A stretch of DNA of 64,000 bases, from contig CAZVWP010000008.1 in NCBI GenBank assembly GCA_964630805.1, positions 31,721 through 95,720 of the forward strand. Direction: 5' to 3'. The notes under the pieces were generated by a model. That model saw only the letters and a list, made by a program, of their open reading frames with translations, was not told the origin of the DNA and ran no database searches. Position 1 is the stretch's first letter. Each line of letters starts with the position of its first letter. The stretch comes from an uncultured Novosphingobium sp. Lineage in GTDB: Bacteria > Pseudomonadota > Alphaproteobacteria > Sphingomonadales > Sphingomonadaceae. Shown here piece by piece: positions 57,912-64,000 of this stretch. A program made the translations under genes and the position numbers.

Positions 57912-59879
57912 TTAGATTTCGATCTGGCTGCCGAGTTCGACCACCCGGTTGGTCGGCAGGCGGAAGAACTCCATGGCACTGGCGGCATTCCGCAACATCC
58001 AGGCGAACAGCTTCTCGCGCCACAGCGCCATGCCCGGCTTGGCCGAGGGCAGCAGCGTCTGGCGCGATAGGAAGAAGCTGGTCTTCATCATTTCAAACGG
58101 CTCGCCCGCCAGTTTGTAGGTCTTGAGCGCGGCGGGCACGTCGCTTTCCTCAAGGAAGCCATAGTTGAGCGCAAGGCGGTAGAAGCCGTTGCCCATGTCC
58201 TTGCACGTATAGCGATCCGCCTCGTCGACATAAGGCATGTCTTTGACCTCGACGGTCAGGATCACCACGCGCTCGTGCAGCACCTTGTTGTGCTTGATGT
58301 TGTGCAACAGCGCCGAGGGGACGACCTTGTTGGTCGAGGCCATGAAGATCGCCGTTCCGGGAACCCTGGCGGCCGAGCTGTGCGCGCTCTTGGCGAAGAC
58401 CTCGATGGGAATGGTGCCTTCGGCCATGTTCGCCCGCATCAAGGCACGCCCGCGCGACCAGGTGGTAAGACAAGTAAAGATGAGCAGACCGATCGCCAGC
58501 GGCACCCAGCCGCCGTCAGGCACCTTGATCATGTTGGCGCCAAGGTAAGCGAGATCGACCGTCAGGAACAGCGCGATCAGCGGCGCGGCCTTCCAGGCGG
58601 GCCACTTCCACAGGCTGAACAGCACTACCGTGAGCAGGATTGTATCGATTGTCACCGCACCGGTCACCGCGATGCCATAGGCCGCGGCAAGGTTGCTCGA
58701 GGAGCGGAAGAACAGCACCAGCAGGATCACCGCCACCATAAGCGCCCAGTTCATCACCGGGATGTAGATCTGCCCGGCGGTTGCGGCGCTGGTGTGCTTG
58801 ATACTCATTCGCGGCATGAAGCCCAGCTGAATCGCCATCTGGGTGAGGCTGAACGCGCCCGAAATGACAGCCTGACTGGCGATGATTGTGGCGAGCAGGG
58901 CAAGGATCACCACCGGAATGCGAACCTCGTCGGGTATCATCAGGAAGAAGGGATCCTTTATCAGCTCCGCCGCCTGTTCGGGCGGCACGCTCATCACCAT
59001 TGCGCCCTGCCCCATGTAGTTGAGCAACAGGCAGGGCAACACGAAGCTGACCCAGCTGATCCCGATCGGCTTGCGCCCGAAATGGCCCATGTCGGCATAG
59101 AGTGCCTCGGCCCCGGTGATCGCCAGGACCACGGTGCCCATCGCGATGAAGGCGCGGAACCCGTCCATCAGGAAGAAGTTCAGCGCGTTGAGGGGGTTGA
59201 GCATCTGCATCACGACACTCGGCATCGCGGTGATGTGGAGCAGCCCGAGCGCTCCAAGCGTCAGGAAATAGCCGATCATCACCGGCCCGAACAGCTTCCC
59301 GACCTTTTCCGTCCCGCGTGACTGGATAGCGAACAGCGCGACCAGGATGACCAGCGCGATCGGCACGATGAAGTCCTTGAATCCCGAACTTACGTATTGC
59401 AGCCCTTCGGTCGCGGAGAGCACCGACATCGCCGGGGTAATCATCGAATCGCCATAGAACAGCGCGGTGGCGAAGACGCCGAGCAGAACCAGCGGCATGG
59501 TCCAGCTCGCCCCTTCCGTCTTGCGGCTGATCAGCGCAAGCAGCGCGAGGCTACCGCCCTCGCCCTTGTTGTCGGCCTTCATGATGGTGAGGACGTACTT
59601 GAACGTCACCACGATCATCATCGACCAGAAAACCAGGCTGAGCACGCCGAGCACGTGGAGCGGATTGGGAGCGATCGGGTGGTGCCCCGCGAAGGTTTCG
59701 CGGAAGGCGTAAAGCGGGCTGGTGCCGATGTCCCCGAAGACGACGCCTATGGCGCCGATGGCAAGCTTCATCAGGCCGCCCTCGGCGTGGTGATGCGAAG
59801 AATGGCCTGTCGGGAGAGCAGCCTCGCCGACTGCCGGACGGTTTCCGGAGGCGGCATCCTGCTGTGCGGCTTCGCTCAT
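57912..59879 (-). CDS. kup: Potassium transporter Kup
   Basis: [36 protein letters not shown] and [12 protein letters not shown]. Confidence 0.97.
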   Translation of the reverse strand: MSEAAQQDAASGNRPAVGEAALPTGHSSHHHAEGGLMKLAIGAIGVVFGDIGTSPLYAFRETFAGHHPIAPNPLHVLGVLSLVFWSMMIVVTFKYVLTIMKADNKGEGGSLALLALISRKTEGASWTMPLVLLGVFATALFYGDSMITPAMSVLSATEGLQYVSSGFKDFIVPIALVILVALFAIQSRGTEKVGKLFGPVMIGYFLTLGALGLLHITAMPSVVMQMLNPLNALNFFLMDGFRAFIAMGTVVLAITGAEALYADMGHFGRKPIGISWVSFVLPCLLLNYMGQGAMVMSVPPEQAAELIKDPFFLMIPDEVRIPVVILALLATIIASQAVISGAFSLTQMAIQLGFMPRMSIKHTSAATAGQIYIPVMNWALMVAVILLVLFFRSSSNLAAAYGIAVTGAVTIDTILLTVVLFSLWKWPAWKAAPLIALFLTVDLAYLGANMIKVPDGGWVPLAIGLLIFTCLTTWSRGRALMRANMAEGTIPIEVFAKSAHSSAARVPGTAIFMASTNKVVPSALLHNIKHNKVLHERVVILTVEVKDMPYVDEADRYTCKDMGNGFYRLALNYGFLEESDVPAALKTYKLAGEPFEMMKTSFFLSRQTLLPSAKPGMALWREKLFAWMLRNAASAMEFFRLPTNRVVELGSQIEI

Positions 59880-59981
59880 GCTGGCGCCCTGTTCAATCCC
59901 GCCAAACGCCTGTCTTCCGGAAGAGTTCCCGGAGGCGAGGCGGCGGCGCTTAGCAGCATGAAACGGCTAGCGCAATCGTGC

Positions 59982-60632
59982 TCATCGCCCTGATTGCGCA
60001 GCCTCTTGCCGCGCAATCAGGGCGTCGAGCCGCTGGAGCTTTTCGGCAAGGTCGGCGCGCCAGGGCGCGTCTTGCGGCGCCTGCGCGAGAAGCTGCGCCC
60101 AGATCGCCCGTGCCTGGCCGAACTGGCCGGATTGCGCGAGGGCGAGCCCGAGGAACCAAGGCGGACCGGGCGCTGTGGGGGCGGCCTCGGCGGCCTTGCG
60201 ATAGGCATGGAGGGCGGCGGGCGAAAGCGTACCTTCGGCATGGGCGACGAGGGCATTGCCCAGCGCCAGCCAGGCTTCCCCATCGTTCGGGTTCTTCTCC
60301 ACCGCAGTGCGCAGGATCGCCGCCGCATCGGCAAACTGGCCGTTGCGGACATAGCCATCCGCCATCAATTGCATGCTGTCGCTAGGCAGGCCCTGTCGGC
60401 CACTGAGCGCGATGCGCGCCTCAACCAGGGCGGCGGGGTTTTCGAAGGTGGGCTCCGGAACGGCATAGCGCGGCGATCCGACAAGGCCCGGGTGCCCCTG
60501 CCAGGCATAGCCGGCGAGGCCCGCGAGCAGGGCCGCGCCCACGGCCAGCCAGCCCTCGGTCTTCCACGAAGTCAGCCAGGCAATGACGGCAAAGGCGACA
60601 AGAGCCAGGGCGGCGGCGAGGATCCAGCCCAT
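59982..60632 (-). CDS. Cytochrome c biogenesis TPR protein (CcmI/CycH-like)
   Basis: Two N-terminal TMs, GYAWQG.P, TPR segments (AWLALGNAL, FLGLALAQSG); last gene of the ccm operon. Confidence 0.85.
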   Translation of the reverse strand: MGWILAAALALVAFAVIAWLTSWKTEGWLAVGAALLAGLAGYAWQGHPGLVGSPRYAVPEPTFENPAALVEARIALSGRQGLPSDSMQLMADGYVRNGQFADAAAILRTAVEKNPNDGEAWLALGNALVAHAEGTLSPAALHAYRKAAEAAPTAPGPPWFLGLALAQSGQFGQARAIWAQLLAQAPQDAPWRADLAEKLQRLDALIARQEAAQSGR

Positions 60633-61054
60633 CAGCCTGCCCTCCCCCCGAAGCGGCGGCGCAGCAACACCGCAGCGATGGCCAGCAGGAACAGCGGCAG
60701 CGCATAGAGCGGCCAGGTTACAGAGGTTATTCGGGGCGCATATGAAATGTAGTCGCCGTATCGCTCGATCAGCCAGGCGCGGACCGCGTCCGGGTCCTCG
60801 CCCGCGGCAATGCGCTGTCGCACCTGGTTGCGCATGTCGCCCGCCATGGGTGCATCGGAATCGGCGATAGACTGGCCCTGACAGGTCAAGCAGCGCAGGG
60901 TTTCCATAAGCGCCTTGGCCTTGGCTTCCTTGGCCGGGTCGTCGAGCTGGCGATAGGCGTAGGGGGCCGGCGGGAGGGAGTCCTGGGCGGAGAGGGGCAG
61001 AGCCCACGAACTCAAAACCAACGTCATCGCCGCGCAAGCGGGGACCCATCTCAT
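60632..61054 (-). CDS. ccmH: Cytochrome c biogenesis protein CcmH/CycL (alternative GTG start at 61147)
   Basis: LRCLTCQGQSIADSDA.MA.DMR and RYGDYISY.P. Confidence 0.92.
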   Translation of the reverse strand: MRWVPACAAMTLVLSSWALPLSAQDSLPPAPYAYRQLDDPAKEAKAKALMETLRCLTCQGQSIADSDAPMAGDMRNQVRQRIAAGEDPDAVRAWLIERYGDYISYAPRITSVTWPLYALPLFLLAIAAVLLRRRFGGRAG

Positions 61055-61130
61055 GAGGTTTCGCCATAGCACAACGGTAGTGGCCAGACGCATCGCCGGC
61101 GATGGGTGCCCGCTTGCGCGGGGATGACGT
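61021..61130. repeat. CGTC-tagged REP doublet overlapping the ccmH 5' end
   Basis: ACGTCATCGCCGCGCAAGCGGGGACCCATC ... GATGGGTGCCCGCTTGCGCGGGGATGACGT inverted arms. Confidence 0.88.
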
Positions 61131-61143
61131 GGCGCTGGAAATG

Positions 61144-61704
61144 TCACTCCCCGGCCTCCCGCAGCTTGGCGAGGATCATCGGCACCTGATCGGGGCGGAT
61201 GTCGCCGATGTGCTGGTAGCGGATCACGCCCTTGCCATCGATGACGAAGCTTTCCGGCACGCCGGAGGAGCCGATCGCTAGCTGCACCGCGCTGACGTCG
61301 TCCGCGCCGATCCGGGCGTAGGGATTGCCGTTGCGGGCGAGGAATGCCTGCAGGTCCTCCTGCCGGTCGCGGATGGCGATACCGTCGATCTCCACGCCCT
61401 GTTTCGCCAGCGCATCGAGCTGCGGCGCCTCGACCGCACAGGGCACGCACCAGCTAGCGAAGACATTGAGCAGGCGCGGCTTGCCGGTGGCCATGTCGGC
61501 GGTCGAAAGCCCCTGCCGATCCGGCACGGCGGCCTTGAGCGAGAACTGCGGCAGGGGCTTGCCGATCATAGCGCTGGCAACTTCGCGCGGCGCCGGTCGC
61601 AGCAGGCCGATCAGGACCAGCGCGACGAAGCCCGCAAACAGCGCCAGCGGCAGCCACAGCGCCCAACGCACTCTTGGTTTTGCCTCGCTCCCGAAGTCGC
61701 TCAT
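61144..61704 (-). CDS. ccmG: Thiol:disulfide interchange protein DsbE/CcmG
   Basis: LNVFASWCVPC, GNPY and GVPESFVIDG.GVIRY.H.G. Confidence 0.94.
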   Translation of the reverse strand: MSDFGSEAKPRVRWALWLPLALFAGFVALVLIGLLRPAPREVASAMIGKPLPQFSLKAAVPDRQGLSTADMATGKPRLLNVFASWCVPCAVEAPQLDALAKQGVEIDGIAIRDRQEDLQAFLARNGNPYARIGADDVSAVQLAIGSSGVPESFVIDGKGVIRYQHIGDIRPDQVPMILAKLREAGE

Positions 61705-63647
61705 CGTCCCTGCCTCATCCGCCGGTAAGCGATCTTATCGCGCGCGACGAGGCGGCGGACGCCGCCTGCAAGGCGTCCCGCCAAGGCCAGCAGGCCGCCC
61801 AGCGCGACGAGAATTCCGCCGAGCCAGATCAGCGGCGCGAAGGGCTTCCACCAAAGGCGCAATTGCCAGCGGCCGTCCTCGGTTTCTTCGCCCAGCACGG
61901 TGTAGAGCTGCCCGTTCCAGCGCGTCAGCAGCGCCGATTCGGTGGTCGCCTGCTGCGGCGCCCAGAACTGGCGGGCCTGGGGATGCAAGGTCTCTACCCC
62001 TCCCCCCTGATAGCGCGCCTCTAGTGCGGCCTCCATCGCCGTCCAGTTCGGCCCGGCCACCGGCCCAACCGAGGCAAGCCTGATTTTCCATGGTCCGGCA
62101 TCGACCGTCTCGCCGACCTTGGCCGCGACCAGCCGCTCGACGGTAAAGGCGCTCTCGCTCGACATGCCCAGCAGCGCCACGGCAATGCCGAAGTGCGCCA
62201 CGACCATGCCCCAGATCGCCAGCGGCGTGCGGCGCAGGTCACGCCCGCGCAGCGGCAGGAAGCTCGCCACGGCCAGTGCCGGGGCCAGGATCAGGCCCAT
62301 CGCTGGGAGAAGGCCGATTCTTGAGGTAAGCGCGACGGCAATCACCATGGCCAGGACCAGCAGCCCCGGCACGACGAGCAGCACCTTCACACGCCTGAGC
62401 GAATCCCGCCGCCAGCGCAGCAGCGGGCCGACGGCCAGGACCGCAAGCATCGGCACGGCAAAGATCGCGCTGACCGGATTGAAATAGGGCGGGCCGACCG
62501 AAACTTTCACTCCCACCGCCTCGGTCACCAGCGGATAGAGCGTGCCGACCAGCACGATGCCGAGGATCGAGGTCAGCATCACATTGTTGAATACCAGCGC
62601 GCCCTCGCGGCTCAGCGCGGCGAAGCGCTGGCCTTCGGTGACGCTGGAAGCGCGCAGGGCGAAAAGCAGCAAGGCGCCGCCGATGTAGATCGCCAGAAGT
62701 GCGAGGATGAAGGTGCCTCGCTCGGGATCGACGGCAAAAGCATGGACGGAGGTGAGGATGCCGGAGCGGACCAGGAAAGTGCCGACCATCGACATCGAGA
62801 ATGCGACCACGCCCAGCATCACCGTCCAGGCCCGCAAGGCATTGCGCGAGGCAAGGACGCTGGCCGAATGAAGCAGTGCCGTTGCCGCCAGCCACGGCAT
62901 CAGCGAGGCGTTCTCGACCGGGTCCCAGAACCACCAGCCGCCCCAGCCCAGCTCATAATAGGCCCAGTAGCTGCCCGCGGTGATGCCCAGCGTCAGCAAT
63001 ATCCAGGCGCCGAGCACCCACGGCCGCATCGCCCGGGCGAAGGCCGCGCCGACGTCGCGCGTGACCAGCGCGCCGACCGCGAAGGAGAAGGCGACCGACA
63101 GGCCGACATAGCCGAGATAGAGGGTTGGCGGATGGAAGGCGAGGCCGGGGTCCTGGAGCAGCGGGTTGAGCCCCTGCCCCTCGGGCGGAGCCGGATCGAG
63201 CCGCGCGAACGGGTTGGAGGCGAACAGCAGGAAGGCGTAAAAGCCGAGCCCGATCGCCGCCTGCGCCGCCAAGGTCGCGATCAGGGTGCGCTCGTTGAGC
63301 CGCCGCTCGAACAGCGCGACCGCGCCGCCCGCCACCGCGAGGATCGTCACCCACATCAGCATCGAGCCTTCGTGGTTCCCCCAGGTGCCCGCGAATTTAT
63401 AGAGCAGCGGCTTGGTCGAGGCGTCGTTGGCGGCGACCAGGGCGACCGACAGGTCGACCGTCACGAACAGCCAGATGAGCAGCACGAAGGCGAGCGCAGT
63501 GAGCCCCGCCTGGACCAGCGCCACCGGCCGCACCGCGGCCAGCAGATCGGAACGCCCGCTCGATACCCCCATCACACCGAGCACGAGCTGCAGCGCGGCC
63601 AGGGCCGCCGCGAGCCAGAGCGCCGCCAATCCCGCTTCGGCGATCAT
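61701..63647 (-). CDS. ccmF: Heme lyase CcmF
   Basis: WGNHEGS, HPPTLYLGY, WAYYELGWGGWWFWDPVEN and SVHAFA. Confidence 0.97.
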   Translation of the reverse strand: MIAEAGLAALWLAAALAALQLVLGVMGVSSGRSDLLAAVRPVALVQAGLTALAFVLLIWLFVTVDLSVALVAANDASTKPLLYKFAGTWGNHEGSMLMWVTILAVAGGAVALFERRLNERTLIATLAAQAAIGLGFYAFLLFASNPFARLDPAPPEGQGLNPLLQDPGLAFHPPTLYLGYVGLSVAFSFAVGALVTRDVGAAFARAMRPWVLGAWILLTLGITAGSYWAYYELGWGGWWFWDPVENASLMPWLAATALLHSASVLASRNALRAWTVMLGVVAFSMSMVGTFLVRSGILTSVHAFAVDPERGTFILALLAIYIGGALLLFALRASSVTEGQRFAALSREGALVFNNVMLTSILGIVLVGTLYPLVTEAVGVKVSVGPPYFNPVSAIFAVPMLAVLAVGPLLRWRRDSLRRVKVLLVVPGLLVLAMVIAVALTSRIGLLPAMGLILAPALAVASFLPLRGRDLRRTPLAIWGMVVAHFGIAVALLGMSSESAFTVERLVAAKVGETVDAGPWKIRLASVGPVAGPNWTAMEAALEARYQGGGVETLHPQARQFWAPQQATTESALLTRWNGQLYTVLGEETEDGRWQLRLWWKPFAPLIWLGGILVALGGLLALAGRLAGGVRRLVARDKIAYRRMRQGR

Positions 63648-64000
63648 TTCCTAAGGCTCTCCGTCTTGTGCATCTCGCCCGCCACCTGCGGGGGCATATA
63701 GCGCTCGTCATGCTTGGCGAGGATATTGGTCGCGACGAAGCTGCCGTCGGGCTGGAAGCTGCCTTCCGCGACCACCCCCGATCCTTCCTTGAACAGATCA
63801 GGGACGATCCCGGTGAATCGCACCGGCACCGTGTCGACATTGTCGGTGACGACGAAGTCGATCGTGACCCCGTCGGCATGGCGCTTGATCGAGCCGTTCT
63901 CGACCATGCCGCCGAGCCGGACCGCCCGGCCGACCTCGACATGATCCTTCTTCGCGTCGGCGGGCGTGTAGAAATAGGCGGCCTGATCCCTCAGCGCCGA
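63644..64000 (-). CDS. ccmE: Heme chaperone CcmE (5' end beyond window)
   Basis: RLGGMV..GSI, PDLFKEG.GVVAEG and LAKHDERYMPP. Confidence 0.95.
   Translation of the reverse strand, partial: SALRDQAAYFYTPADAKKDHVEVGRAVRLGGMVENGSIKRHADGVTIDFVVTDNVDTVPVRFTGIVPDLFKEGSGVVAEGSFQPDGSFVATNILAKHDERYMPPQVAGEMHKTESLRK

Noticed and set aside
59982-61067. 361-aa ORF as an extended CcmI
   Set aside because: Its first ~145 aa overlap ccmH in another frame; the real start is ATG 60632, coupled to the ccmH stop
21417-61130. Recurrent palindromes as a CRISPR array
   Set aside because: Copies are dispersed inverted doublets, not tandem direct repeats with spacers, and no cas genes are present

Overview
GC-rich alphaproteobacterial chromosome segment; the gene set and order suggest a sphingomonad (Novosphingobium/Erythrobacteraceae-like). 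All calls come from motif reading and recalled family knowledge; no database searches were run. Layout: (1) core genes at 1-9.5 kb (smc 3' end, Skp/OmpH, soxR with a SoxR box, SRAP, ubiA, rsmE, gshA, ICMT-like, BamB-like, TPR); (2) a ~17 kb accessory catabolic block at 9.6-26.5 kb with no regulator gene (CMD-like, putative Fe(II)/2OG oxygenase, molybdopterin oxidoreductase, MFS, TauD, esterase, cupins, SDR, P450, double SnoaL, non-canonical CinA, two large hydrolases); (3) a decayed yaiS-yaiP-yaiO-like locus and a GIY-YIG remnant next to a REP arm; (4) sdhB-PaaI-zapE, a TonB-dependent receptor, pirin and an orphan RpfF-like DSF synthase; (5) a large XrtA/PEP-CTERM exopolysaccharide locus with its ACP/adenylation/decarboxylase cassette at 35.2-54.0 kb; (6) trxB, a beta-barrel gene with putative FNR- and Fur-like boxes, a hydrolase, a CPBP protein, kup and the ccmE-F-G-H-I operon. 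Two families of palindromic repeats are scattered through the window. One CGTC-tagged arm lies directly upstream of a degenerate GIY-YIG gene, and another element encodes part of the CcmH N-terminus. I saw no tRNA, rRNA, CRISPR array or IS transposase.
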